Positions 36,996 to 45,943 are shown, counted from the stretch's first letter. The stretch is 64,000 nucleotides of DNA from an uncultured Candidatus Poseidoniales archaeon (GCA_902601345.1 CACKMK010000003.1:23902-87901), one strand, 5' to 3'. Notes: generated from the sequence alone by a model not told the origin. A program made the numbers and translations.

Positions 36996-39266
36996 ATGTT
37001 CATCCTTCAATCGGAATATGACAGTGCGGGTGATCAGCAGCAAGCGATTGATGTATTGGTAAGGCAAATCGAAGAGGGCCAGGAAAGATGCGTCCTACTC
37101 GGAGTCACCGGGTCAGGTAAGACGTTCGCCATGGCTAAGATAATCGAGAGGATGCAGTTACCTACGCTAATCCTGTCACACAATAAAACACTAGCACGTC
37201 AAATTTGGCAGGAGATGTCAGGATTATTCCCGGATAACTCTGTTGAGTACTTCGTCAGCTATTACGACTATTACCAGCCGGAGGCATACATACCCGGAAG
37301 GGACCTCTACATCGACAAGGAGCTGCAGATGAATGAGAGGATAGAGCAAGAGAGGTTCTCTACAGTTGCTTCCCTAGTTTCCCGTCCAGATGTGATAACA
37401 ATAGGGACCGTATCCACAATCTATGGTCTAAACCCGCCAGAGGTTTTCCAGCAGAATCACCTGAGGCTTCATGTCGGACAAACTGCTGATCCTCAGGATG
37501 TGGTTAGGAGCCTGGTGGAACTTCAATATCGGAGAACTACTAGAGAGATAACCAGGGGAGACGTCCGGCTCAGAGGAGAGGTTCTTGATGTGTGGATGCC
37601 AAGCAGGGATGATCCAATCAGAGTCAAGTTTGGATGGGAAGGAATCGAGAGAATTCAGGTCTGCGAAGCAGTGTCCTGGGAGCCTCTAGATGAGTTCGAA
37701 GAAGCTTGGATCCATCCGAGAGAATTCTACATGACGAGTGAAGATAGGTTCAACCAAGCCCTGGAAGATATCGAGGAAGAGTTGGGCGATCGGTTGGACT
37801 GGTTCGAGTCTAAAGATCGGGGCCTTGAGGCTCATAGACTTGAGCAGAGGACCAGATTTGATCTAGAGATGCTGGATGAAGTAGGCTCTTGCAAGGGGGT
37901 TGAGAACTATTCGATGCACTTTGATGGCCGAAGTAGAGGGGAGAGATCATACTGCCTTCTGGACTTCTTCGCCAGTAATGCGGAACAATTCCATGGGGGG
38001 GCAGACCGATATCTGGTTATCATGGACGAGTCTCACGTGACGCTGCCCCAGGTGGGAGGGATGTTCGGAGGAGATTTCTCAAGGAAAAAGAACCTGGTGG
38101 ACCACGGATTCAGACTCCCGTCAGCCTATGACAACCGTCCACTTAGGATAGACGAGTTCCAAACCTTAGTCCCTCAGATGGTCTACGTTAGTGCTACTCC
38201 GGGAGAGCGTGAGCTGAGGCACCTTGCAGAGGTGACAGGGCAAAACATCCCCTCGGGACTGATGCATGTGGACGGCGAGGGCGGTGCCAGAAAGTCCGAA
38301 GTCGGGAAGCCAGAGACTAAGCAGAGTATGGAGAAGTTACTGGAAAATATAGATGGGATAGCTAAAATGGAGATAAGGCCTACTGGACTGCTAGATCCGG
38401 AGATTGAGGTTAGAAGTACAGAGGGACAGGTACAGGATCTGCTTAGCGAGATTGGATATAGAGTTAGTCGTGATGAACGGGTCCTGGTTACAGTGATGAC
38501 GATCAAGTTCGCGGAGGAAGTTGCCGAGTACCTAGAAGGGATGGGGGTCAAGGCACACTACCTCCACAGTGAGATAGATACACTGGAGAGAACCGAGATA
38601 ATCAAGGCACTCAGATTGGGTCTGATTGATGTGATTGTGGGAATTAATCTACTTAGAGAAGGTCTGGATATTCCCGAGGTTTCGCTTGTAGCGATTTTTG
38701 ATGCTGACAAGCAGGGCTTCCTGAGGAACGAAAGGTCCCTTCTCCAGACCATCGGAAGAGCGTCCAGAAACGTGAATGGCTCTGTAATTCTGTATGCTGA
38801 TTCCGTCTCTGCTTCAATGGAAGCTGCCATCAGTCAGACGGTGAGGAGGAGAGCCATGCAAGGAGAGCATAACGAGAAGAATGGGATAGTCCCTAAAACC
38901 ATCGAAAAGGCGATGCCCGTGATGGGGTCAGAGATGGAGGACCTAGTCTCTGGAGTTGCTGGTAGGGGAAGTGAAGGCGGTAGGAGAATGGTTGCCAAGC
39001 CTCCGGGCAAGAAGGGTCTGGAGGGACTAGCAAAGAGATTTGGACTAGGTGCTGGTGTCTGGAATAACTCCGATTCAGTTCTAGAGAACGTAAGCCAGCC
39101 CGAGTGGATAGGTGAAGGAGGAAGGGATCTCGAAGATAATGGTGGAGAGGCAGATGTTATTTCCAGGCTTGAGATGGAGATGAAGCAGGCTGCAGATAGG
39201 CTGGACTTCGAGAGGGCAGCAGAACTGAGAGACAGAATATACAGAATTCGGAATACCACCAATTGA
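36996..39266 (+). CDS. uvrB: excinuclease ABC subunit B
   Basis: GDQQQAI, Walker A GVTGSGKTF, DESH box (IMDESHVT), helicase motifs, and the C-terminal UVR motif LDFERAAELRDRIYRIR. At 756 aa it is longer than usual, with two insert-like segments. Confidence 0.95.
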   Translation: MFILQSEYDSAGDQQQAIDVLVRQIEEGQERCVLLGVTGSGKTFAMAKIIERMQLPTLILSHNKTLARQIWQEMSGLFPDNSVEYFVSYYDYYQPEAYIPGRDLYIDKELQMNERIEQERFSTVASLVSRPDVITIGTVSTIYGLNPPEVFQQNHLRLHVGQTADPQDVVRSLVELQYRRTTREITRGDVRLRGEVLDVWMPSRDDPIRVKFGWEGIERIQVCEAVSWEPLDEFEEAWIHPREFYMTSEDRFNQALEDIEEELGDRLDWFESKDRGLEAHRLEQRTRFDLEMLDEVGSCKGVENYSMHFDGRSRGERSYCLLDFFASNAEQFHGGADRYLVIMDESHVTLPQVGGMFGGDFSRKKNLVDHGFRLPSAYDNRPLRIDEFQTLVPQMVYVSATPGERELRHLAEVTGQNIPSGLMHVDGEGGARKSEVGKPETKQSMEKLLENIDGIAKMEIRPTGLLDPEIEVRSTEGQVQDLLSEIGYRVSRDERVLVTVMTIKFAEEVAEYLEGMGVKAHYLHSEIDTLERTEIIKALRLGLIDVIVGINLLREGLDIPEVSLVAIFDADKQGFLRNERSLLQTIGRASRNVNGSVILYADSVSASMEAAISQTVRRRAMQGEHNEKNGIVPKTIEKAMPVMGSEMEDLVSGVAGRGSEGGRRMVAKPPGKKGLEGLAKRFGLGAGVWNNSDSVLENVSQPEWIGEGGRDLEDNGGEADVISRLEMEMKQAADRLDFERAAELRDRIYRIRNTTN

Positions 39267-39290
39267 AGCCCAGAGGGTTGTGCGGGTAAC

Positions 39291-40283
39291 ATGGTTGGAT
39301 ACTCCCGTGACGATTTCGAAGCCCCTGTTGAGGACTATGATTTTTCGAGAGTTACTGATGTTGGATCTCTGATAGATCAGATGTCTCGAGCTGGTGGTTT
39401 CACTGCATCGAAGTTGGCTAGAGCAAGAGATATCTTGAGAGAAGCAATTTCAAGATCCGAGGAAGAAGGGGTCCTCAACTGGCTATCATTCCCTGCCTGT
39501 CTATGCGCTACAGGAACCAGGGGATTCTTTATTGAGGCACTGAAGGGGAGAGCATACAACGTAGTCATAACCACATGTGGAACTCTCGATCATGACATAG
39601 CCAGAGTGTACAGGAGTTACTTCCATGGAGACTTCAGTCTAGATGACGTTGCCTTGGCTGAGGAGGGCCTGAACAGGCTTGGCAATGTGGTGATTCCGAA
39701 TGAGTGCTACGGCGAGATTCTAGAGAGAGTCCTACTACCTTGGCTGGAGGAGATTGAGGATGAGAGGAAGTCTGTAGACGATGAAAGCCCCTGGAGAGGC
39801 TTTGGTTCAGTGGAACTATGCTGGGCGATAGGTGACAGGATTGATGACCCTAGTTCTCTTCTTCACTGGGTTGCTAAAAATAGGATTCCGATGGTTATAC
39901 CTGGAATTACCGATGGCTCGATTGGTTCGCAATTATTCATGCATAGACAAAAGAGCCCGGATTTCATTATTGATGTTCTTGCAGACGAACAGATTCTGTC
40001 CGACTTGATTTGGACGGCAGACGAAAGCCATGGTCTGATGGTAGGAGGGGGGATCTCCAAGCATCACGTAATTTGGTGGAACCAGTTCAGACAAGAGTCA
40101 GGCATGGATTCAGCAGTTTCAATCACCACCGCTCCAGAGTTCGACGGATCCCTCTCCGGAGCTAGATTGAAGGAGGCTATTTCGTGGGGCAAGATTCGTC
40201 CCAATGCCGACCAAATTGTAGTTGAGGGTGAGGCAAGCCTGATTCTTCCCATCCTAGGTTCTGACTTATTTGCTAGCAAGTGA
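39291..40283 (+). CDS. dys: deoxyhypusine synthase
   Basis: Length of 330 aa and blocks typical of archaeal DHS: VVITTCGTLDHD, IPMVIPGITDGSIG, GGGISKHH and EAISWGKI. Confidence 0.9.
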   Translation: MVGYSRDDFEAPVEDYDFSRVTDVGSLIDQMSRAGGFTASKLARARDILREAISRSEEEGVLNWLSFPACLCATGTRGFFIEALKGRAYNVVITTCGTLDHDIARVYRSYFHGDFSLDDVALAEEGLNRLGNVVIPNECYGEILERVLLPWLEEIEDERKSVDDESPWRGFGSVELCWAIGDRIDDPSSLLHWVAKNRIPMVIPGITDGSIGSQLFMHRQKSPDFIIDVLADEQILSDLIWTADESHGLMVGGGISKHHVIWWNQFRQESGMDSAVSITTAPEFDGSLSGARLKEAISWGKIRPNADQIVVEGEASLILPILGSDLFASK

Positions 40284-40332
40284 GATATGTGCCGGAGAAA
40301 CGGCTATTAGGTCTCATTTTCCGGGTAAAAGT

Positions 40333-40515
40333 ATGACAGTCAGAGAGATGATTCAGGACATGATAAATGAATTGACGGAAGCTATTGCAGATGCTGAGAA
40401 GCACGACTCTGGGAATAATGCTGCTGGAACCAGAGTTAGGAAAGTAATGCAAACCTGCAAGAACCTCGCTCAGGATGTTAGAGTGAAGGTTCAGGGAGAC
40501 AAGAATTCTCGCTAA
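40333..40515 (+). CDS. small Hc1-like (histone H1-like, Chlamydia Hc1 N-terminal domain type) DNA-binding protein
   Basis: 60 aa. ADAEKHDSGNNAAGTRVRKVMQTCKNLAQDVRVKV parallels the recalled Hc1 segment KAEKGNKAAAQRVRTESIKLEKIAKVYRKE. I chose the ATG at 40333, because the 40270 start overlaps dys. Confidence 0.5.
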   Translation: MTVREMIQDMINELTEAIADAEKHDSGNNAAGTRVRKVMQTCKNLAQDVRVKVQGDKNSR

Positions 40516-41183
40516 TCGGTATGGGCAATCATTTCCATTATTGAGACTCTCATCGGCACCATAGGATGCCAACCCTCGCCCCCTATTGCGATCAAAGCAT
40601 GATTGAGGCTACCTAAGTCTACAGTTTCGGATCTTTCGGAATAAATTCCTCTCACGGGACTGGGGACTTCGGATAGAGACTCGATAGTGTGGGAGTGGTT
40701 GATTGCATTGTTGTAACGCTCCCAGAGAATTCTTATCTCGTCGATAACGTGGTTCGATGACCATGCCCTCCTACCGCACATTCTGAAGGTCCCGGATAGA
40801 TTGGGTTCCTTCTCATTCATGCATAAACAGGAAATTGCGTCGGTTACATCCCTGACATTGACCCAGAACCTGTCCCTAGGTTCGATTTTTGGTTCGCCTC
40901 CACTCTTGATTTGTTGTATCCAATCTATCATTATTTCATTACCCCAGTTCCTGCCACCATTCGGAATGACTACATCCTTCAGTTCCACAACGATTGTTGA
41001 TTTCGGAGGATTTGAGCCCATGGGAACAATCGCAATATCGCAATCCTCTTGTTGATCAATTCCCACAACCAGTTCAGAGTCAGAAGGATCTTCCACAATT
41101 GAGGCTCCTGCTCTTTGTAGTCTCTCTTCCAGTGCTTCCCTAAGGCCGTCCGATTTTCCGAAAACATGCACGTTTCTGGGCAT
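40512..41183 (-). CDS. hypothetical protein, possibly a degenerate extended-SDR/epimerase-like fold
   Basis: 223 aa. VHVFGKSDGLREAL sits where a Rossmann GxxGxxG would be. RFWVNVRDVTDAI resembles the epimerase R-x-F-x-H-V-x-D-v block. Weak recognition only. Confidence 0.45.
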   Translation of the reverse strand: MPRNVHVFGKSDGLREALEERLQRAGASIVEDPSDSELVVGIDQQEDCDIAIVPMGSNPPKSTIVVELKDVVIPNGGRNWGNEIMIDWIQQIKSGGEPKIEPRDRFWVNVRDVTDAISCLCMNEKEPNLSGTFRMCGRRAWSSNHVIDEIRILWERYNNAINHSHTIESLSEVPSPVRGIYSERSETVDLGSLNHALIAIGGEGWHPMVPMRVSIMEMIAHTD

Positions 41184-41196
41184 GATAACGCATCAA

Positions 41197-42729
41197 TTAG
41201 TTTGCCTCAATAGACTTGGAGGTGAATGCGATGAGGGCGTCCCTCAGAATTCCAATTATCATATCTATCTCCTCGGTTGTAATCGCAAAGTGAGGAGTGA
41301 ATCGCAATGCATTTTGCCCTCCATGAATAACCCCAAGTCCGTTCTTCCTACACCATTCCTCAACACAACCAAAGCCGACTACTGGAAGCTTTCGCGGATC
41401 GAGTTCAGCACAGAGCAATAGCCCAGTCCCCTGAACTTCAGTGATTGTTCCCGGTAGTTCTTGAGATAGATCTCTCAACTTAGAAACGAATTCTTCGCCC
41501 CTATCCTTGATGTTCTTTCTTAGCTCAGGAGTAACTCTATCTAAAGTAGAAATTGCAGTCTCCAAGGCTCTTGGATTCGTGGTCATTGTATTACCATAGA
41601 TTCCTACCACGTACAATTTGGCCGCTCTATCAGAGAGCCCAACAACAGATAGAGGGTACTGTCCTGCATTCAGAGCCTTGGACCAAGTCTCCATATCAGG
41701 TACAAGACAGTCCTGGAACCCATCATAATCAACAATACTCAAGCATCCTTGCCCTCTCAAGCCTGCTTGAATTGAGTCGACTATGAGCATGCTTCCATGT
41801 TGTGTGCATAGAGATCTGGCTAAATCGTAGAATTCTCTAGTTACGCATAGTCCGGGATTTCCTTCGCCCATCACTGGCTCCATAGCCATTAGTTCGATGA
41901 AGAAGCCCTCTTGTTCGGCTCTTTCGAATGCCTGTCTCAGAGAGCCCAAATCGTTGTTGGGTACGAATATCACATTATCCCTTTCTCTGAAAGAGGCTAG
42001 ATTCTTCTCGTATTTTCCACTACATGAGTCAGAAATTTGAGCCGGTCTGTGGGTTCTCCCGTGGAATGCCTCTACCAGAGCCAGCATCTTGGTTGGTTTT
42101 CCTTCGTGAATCCCTCCCTTCCCAGTAAGTTTGAGGGTGTTTGCGTCTGCTATCCTCATAGAGATAGTCATCGATTCTGACCCACTATTCAGACAGACGA
42201 ACTTGGAAAAAGGACAATTTCCCCTTGTGTGGCCAACTTCCTTCTTGAGTCTGTCAGAGAGTCTCTTTTGACTAAATGAGGGAGTCATGACGTTTGCCAT
42301 CACCCAATTCTGCTGCATTGAATGAATCACGTCATCTGGGCCGTGTCCCATCCCAAGCATCCCATATCCTCCATTATCGTGAATTACAGCTCCATGAGAA
42401 GTTACAATCCAAGGACCTCTTGCCGCAATTGCCACGTACGGATTAACTGTTGGGGCAGAGTAGAAATTTACGTAGTCCGATTGGAGAAAAGAGGATAGTT
42501 CGCCCTCATTCATTGAAAGTAAATTGTCTCCCATTTCGTTGATTAGACTTTGAAAATTCACAGAGGCCTCCTCGATTGCCCTACTTAGAGAGGGGTCGAT
42601 CTGTAGAAACTCAGAGATTGTTGAGTCTGGAAGCCCATCTGTCTCAGCTTTACCCGTAGAAGATCGGATTTCATACAATGCCTGGAGGGTTCCCACCATC
42701 ACTAGTGGGCAAGAGAGCACACACATCAA
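41197..42729 (-). CDS. class-III pyridoxal-phosphate aminotransferase (acetylornithine/ornithine/GABA aminotransferase-like)
   Basis: NSGSESM, the VDSIQAGLRGQG block (canonical DEVQTG-GRTG), and PLP-lysine region WSKALNAGQYPLS. There is an N-terminal extension of about 60 aa. An internal ATG (MVGTLQ...) is a possible start. Confidence 0.85.
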   Translation of the reverse strand: MMCVLSCPLVMVGTLQALYEIRSSTGKAETDGLPDSTISEFLQIDPSLSRAIEEASVNFQSLINEMGDNLLSMNEGELSSFLQSDYVNFYSAPTVNPYVAIAARGPWIVTSHGAVIHDNGGYGMLGMGHGPDDVIHSMQQNWVMANVMTPSFSQKRLSDRLKKEVGHTRGNCPFSKFVCLNSGSESMTISMRIADANTLKLTGKGGIHEGKPTKMLALVEAFHGRTHRPAQISDSCSGKYEKNLASFRERDNVIFVPNNDLGSLRQAFERAEQEGFFIELMAMEPVMGEGNPGLCVTREFYDLARSLCTQHGSMLIVDSIQAGLRGQGCLSIVDYDGFQDCLVPDMETWSKALNAGQYPLSVVGLSDRAAKLYVVGIYGNTMTTNPRALETAISTLDRVTPELRKNIKDRGEEFVSKLRDLSQELPGTITEVQGTGLLLCAELDPRKLPVVGFGCVEEWCRKNGLGVIHGGQNALRFTPHFAITTEEIDMIIGILRDALIAFTSKSIEAN

Positions 42730-42792
42730 TCTTCTCCGAAGTTGGTCACAATAGACATCAGAAATTTGTGGAAATAGAACAAAGCATCTTTT

Positions 42793-42878
42793 CTGATAAT
42801 CATTAAAAAAATTAAACTAAAATTAATTTCTCAATTGTAATTTTATTATTACAATAAATTTTTCAATTACATTATCAG
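42793..42878. promoter_or_regulatory. sharply AT-rich divergent intergenic region with nested inverted repeats (bidirectional promoter and/or unwinding element)
   Basis: CTGATAAT (42793-42800) pairs with ATTATCAG (42871-42878). These flank ATTGTAAT (42834-42841) and ATTACAAT (42848-42855). TCAATT motifs are repeated. By my count there are 14 G/C in the 105 nt from 42796 to 42900. Confidence 0.5.
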
Positions 42879-42966
42879 TCTTGATTTACGAATAATATAA
42901 GTGCCACTCCGGCCTCTGGTGCCCAGGAGAGGCAAGGGGGATGCGCTCCTCCCCTGAGGGAGAACA

Positions 42967-43554
42967 ATGGTAGAGGATTACGAAATACAGGAAATGATAC
43001 ACAGAGACGTATACGTTGGAGACAAGCACGTTGGAGTGGTGGTTGGAGAGAGATTCCACCCCAGAGATGAGTTTGTCAAGTCTCTAAGAATTAAGGTCGA
43101 GGGAGAGGTTGCTAGTGAATTCATGAGAAAGCCAGCAGATCTTGCACCACTGGCAAAGGAGTTGGTGCACAGCATCAGGCCCGATGGCGGTATCAAACTA
43201 TCAAAGTCCATGAGAGAATTACAGAGGAGATGGAGAAATACGGTCAGAATACAAGAAGATCTGTATGCTCCAGATGAGCTCCTAGACAGGGCTGTACTTG
43301 ACAATGATGGAATGGATATTGGCAACGTAGTTGAGTTAATCAAAATCAAGAGGACCTACAAGGGCCTGTTGGTCAAACCGCATTTTATGGTGAGAGCCAG
43401 ACATGGCCTGCCAGAGACGATAGCAGTACCCTGCGGACAACTAGCAAAGACTACTTCCCGACTGGATGAAGTCATTCTGAAGTGTACCTTTTCGAGGCTG
43501 ATTACGCTACCCAGTTACATGAAGTTGAACTTTGAGGATTACGAGGAAGAGTGA
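42967..43554 (+). CDS. PRC-barrel-like domain protein, hypothetical
   Basis: 195 aa. VYVGDKHVGVVVGERF and VLDNDGMDIGNVVELIKI resemble two PRC-barrel strands. Acidic C-terminus. Confidence 0.5.
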   Translation: MVEDYEIQEMIHRDVYVGDKHVGVVVGERFHPRDEFVKSLRIKVEGEVASEFMRKPADLAPLAKELVHSIRPDGGIKLSKSMRELQRRWRNTVRIQEDLYAPDELLDRAVLDNDGMDIGNVVELIKIKRTYKGLLVKPHFMVRARHGLPETIAVPCGQLAKTTSRLDEVILKCTFSRLITLPSYMKLNFEDYEEE

Positions 43555-43606
43555 TTTCCCCTTGAGTAGCCTTCAAATCACAATCCCATGTGCCGTTGAC
43601 GCTCAA

Positions 43607-43684
43607 GGGCGCGTAGCTTAGTTTGGCTGGAGCACCCGGCTGATAACCGGGAGGTCACAGGTTCAAATCCTGTCGTGCCCACCA
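43607..43684 (+). tRNA. tRNA-Ile (anticodon GAT)
   Basis: Sequence is GGGCGCGTAGCTTAGTTTGGCTGGAGCACCCGGCTGATAACCGGGAGGTCACAGGTTCAAATCCTGTCGTGCCCACCA. It forms a cloverleaf with anticodon loop CTGATAA. The CCA end is encoded. Confidence 0.9.
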
Positions 43685-43754
43685 AAATCGACCAAAGTTA
43701 GGCCGTCAGCACGACAAGAAGCATCATGAAGGGACTGCCTGTCCCTGCGTTCAA

Positions 43755-44702
43755 ATGCCAGTTCTGAGCGGGGCCTCAGGAGTAGATATCGCATCTGGAC
43801 TTGCAGCTATTCTTGGCATGGAATACGTTGCACTAGAAAGTAGAAGATTCCCCGATGGTGAGTCTTACGTGAGAGTTCCTCCCGACTCAATAGAGTCAGT
43901 GAGATCGGAGAGTGTAGTTCTTGTTTCAAATACGTTCCCTGATTCAGGCATTATGCAAACTCTATTCCTCCTTGGTGCTGTAAGAGACGTTAGGACGGGC
44001 GATCTATCCAGTTTGAAGGGAGAGTGGGAGGGTGAAACACACGATGTTGGTCCTGGTATTTTCCTCGCTATTCCTTACTATGGATACGCAAGGCAGGATA
44101 AGAGGTTCGGTTTTGGAGAGTCAGTTTCTGCCAAACTAATTGCTGATTTGCTATCGGAACTATGTGATGGAATTGTAATTCTGGATCTTCATGCACCAGA
44201 AGTACTTGGAGACATGGAGGCTGATATTGAGTTTGTGAGCTCTATGCCAGAGATAGCAGAGAGCCTCCATATGGACGTGTCTCCTGATTTCATTCTGAGC
44301 CCAGACAAGGGTGCAATCTCGAGAGCCACCGAAGTTGCTGAGTTAATTGGTTGTGACTTCTCATACCTGGAAAAGAAGAGGATAGACGCGCATACGATAG
44401 AGCATACTCCGAAGGATCTTGATGTCTCAGGCAAGGTGGTAGCCATCGTCGATGACATGATTAGTACTGGAGGTACCATCTGTAGGGCTAGTGATGCTCT
44501 CAGAAGACAGGGGGCTGTCGAGGTCCATGCTGCCTGTACTCATGGACTGTTCACAGGTGGAGCACTATCTCGTCTAGCCAATCACGTTGATGGAGTATAC
44601 ACTACTGATTCTCTTCCAAATCCGAGGGCTAGTGTTTCTGCGGCTCCGGCATTGGCCAGGGGATTGAGTGAAATGATTGGTAGAGCGCCTGATAACGGCT
44701 GA
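43755..44702 (+). CDS. prs: ribose-phosphate pyrophosphokinase (PRPP synthetase)
   Basis: FPDGESYVRV, YGYARQDKRF and the PRPP-binding loop VAIVDDMISTGGT. Confidence 0.85.
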   Translation: MPVLSGASGVDIASGLAAILGMEYVALESRRFPDGESYVRVPPDSIESVRSESVVLVSNTFPDSGIMQTLFLLGAVRDVRTGDLSSLKGEWEGETHDVGPGIFLAIPYYGYARQDKRFGFGESVSAKLIADLLSELCDGIVILDLHAPEVLGDMEADIEFVSSMPEIAESLHMDVSPDFILSPDKGAISRATEVAELIGCDFSYLEKKRIDAHTIEHTPKDLDVSGKVVAIVDDMISTGGTICRASDALRRQGAVEVHAACTHGLFTGGALSRLANHVDGVYTTDSLPNPRASVSAAPALARGLSEMIGRAPDNG

Positions 44703-44721
44703 CTGGATGCAATACGCTGCG

Positions 44722-44728
44722 TTTATAT
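44722..44728 (+). promoter_or_regulatory. putative TATA box (TTTATAT) of the rpl7ae-rps28e-rpl24e operon
   Basis: TTTATAT lies about 50 nt upstream of the L7Ae ATG at 44773. A GGAG SD-like element lies 8-12 nt upstream of the ATG. Confidence 0.4.
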
Positions 44729-44772
44729 CGGTCATGCCGTGCGGCGGCTTACTAACACGAGGAGATGTTCCA

Positions 44773-45153
44773 ATGAGTGTACACATTGTTTTCGAAACAC
44801 CCCAAGACGTACAAGAGCAAGTTTACGAGATGGTCAAGAGCCTAGGGAAGGACGGCAAGGGGCGCCTAAAGAAGGGTGCCAATGAGGTCACTAAGTCCGC
44901 AGAGAGAGGAACGGCGCAGATGGTGGTGATGGCGGAGAACGTCAACCCAGGCGAGCTTCTGGCCCATATCCCGATGATTTGCAAAGAAAAGGAGATTCCT
45001 TTCATCTACGTGGAGGACCAGGCATACCTTGCAGAGGCTGCGGGGATGAGCACAGGCACCAGGACAGCGGCGATTGCGGTAATGCAAGTGGAGAAGGATG
45101 GGATGGATCGATTCAACGAGGTCAAGTCTCACTTCGAGACACTCTCGTCATGA
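44773..45153 (+). CDS. rpl7ae: 50S ribosomal protein L7Ae (eL8 family, K-turn binding)
   Basis: RLKKGANEVTKSAERGTAQMVVMAENVNPGELLAHIPMICKEKEIPFIYV is the canonical L7Ae core. I chose the ATG at 44773, because the upstream 44677 start overlaps prs. Confidence 0.9.
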   Translation: MSVHIVFETPQDVQEQVYEMVKSLGKDGKGRLKKGANEVTKSAERGTAQMVVMAENVNPGELLAHIPMICKEKEIPFIYVEDQAYLAEAAGMSTGTRTAAIAVMQVEKDGMDRFNEVKSHFETLSS

Positions 45154-45170
45154 TTTTGGAGGTTTGATGT

Positions 45171-45413
45171 ATGGCAACAGAGGCATGGCCTGCTGAAGTT
45201 GTTGAGATAGTAGGCAGAACAGGGCTCACTGGGGAGGCTATGCAAGTCAAGGTTCGTGTTCTCGATTCAGACAATCCTCGTGACGTTGGCCGAATCATCA
45301 CCAGAAATGTGCTCGGCCCGGTTAGAGGGCCAGATCCAGTGACAGGAGAGGGTGGAGATATTCTGATGCTCAGAGATACCGGGAGAGAAGCCCGAAGGAT
45401 AGGTTCGAGGTGA
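45171..45413 (+). CDS. rps28e: 30S ribosomal protein S28e
   Basis: [25 protein letters not shown]...[13 protein letters not shown]...[16 protein letters not shown] matches the S28e pattern, with a short insert. Confidence 0.9.
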   Translation: MATEAWPAEVVEIVGRTGLTGEAMQVKVRVLDSDNPRDVGRIITRNVLGPVRGPDPVTGEGGDILMLRDTGREARRIGSR

Positions 45414-45417
45414 TTTT

Positions 45418-45609
45418 GTGCCAGAGCAGAGAATTTGCAGCTTCACAAACGAGGAGATAGAGCCTGGGACAGGAATGATGTACGTCAAGAGGGACGGCTC
45501 TGTCTACTGGTTCAGGGACAGCAAGTCCAGGAAGAACATGCTCAAGCTCAAGAGGAATGCAAGGAGGCTCAAATGGACTCGGCGCTACGAGAAGGGCGGA
45601 ATAAAGTGA
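45418..45609 (+). CDS. rpl24e: 50S ribosomal protein L24e
   Basis: RICSFTNEEIEPGTGMMYVKRDGSVYWFRDSKSRKN is the L24e core. GTG start, in the conserved position after rps28e. Confidence 0.85.
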   Translation: MPEQRICSFTNEEIEPGTGMMYVKRDGSVYWFRDSKSRKNMLKLKRNARRLKWTRRYEKGGIK

Positions 45610-45618
45610 TCTCGTAAG

Positions 45619-45903
45619 TCACTCTTCCTTGTCCTCCCACCAGAAAGAATCCTCAGAATCCGGTTTCCAAGGACCATCAGACTCGTGGGGCTTTCCGTCC
45701 TGATGCTTCCAACAGTAATCAGTCGTTCTAAATGTCAGGGAACGACAATCAGCAAATTGGCACTTCTGACTTCTATGTTTCACAGACTGGGAATTATCGA
45801 AGGAGACAGGCGAGTCAGATCTTTTCGAAGACAATGCACCTGCACCGCCACCGAAGAAAAGAAAATCGGACAAGCAGCAAACTAGATCTAGTATCACGGA
45901 CAC
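45619..45903 (-). CDS. small hypothetical protein with C-x4-C ... C-x2-H zinc-knuckle-like motif
   Basis: 94 aa. KCQFADCRSLTFRTTDYCWKH is followed by a W/D/E-rich tail. The N-terminal third is hydrophobic, so the true start may be internal. Confidence 0.35.
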   Translation of the reverse strand: MSVILDLVCCLSDFLFFGGGAGALSSKRSDSPVSFDNSQSVKHRSQKCQFADCRSLTFRTTDYCWKHQDGKPHESDGPWKPDSEDSFWWEDKEE

Positions 45904-45943
45904 AAATCTTGTACATTAAAAGGGCATCATAATGATATCTACG

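Noticed and set aside
38183-39292. Minus-strand ORFs 38183..38551, 38558..38830 and 38834..39292, antisense to uvrB
   Set aside because: uvrB is recognisable over its full length on the plus strand. The antisense products are Ser/Pro/Leu low-complexity.
42793-42900. Calling the AT-rich palindromic island a replication origin
   Set aside because: I did not annotate it as an origin. No orc1/cdc6 gene or recognisable ORB-type long repeats flank it, and skew cannot be computed here. It is kept only as a finding with both interpretations.
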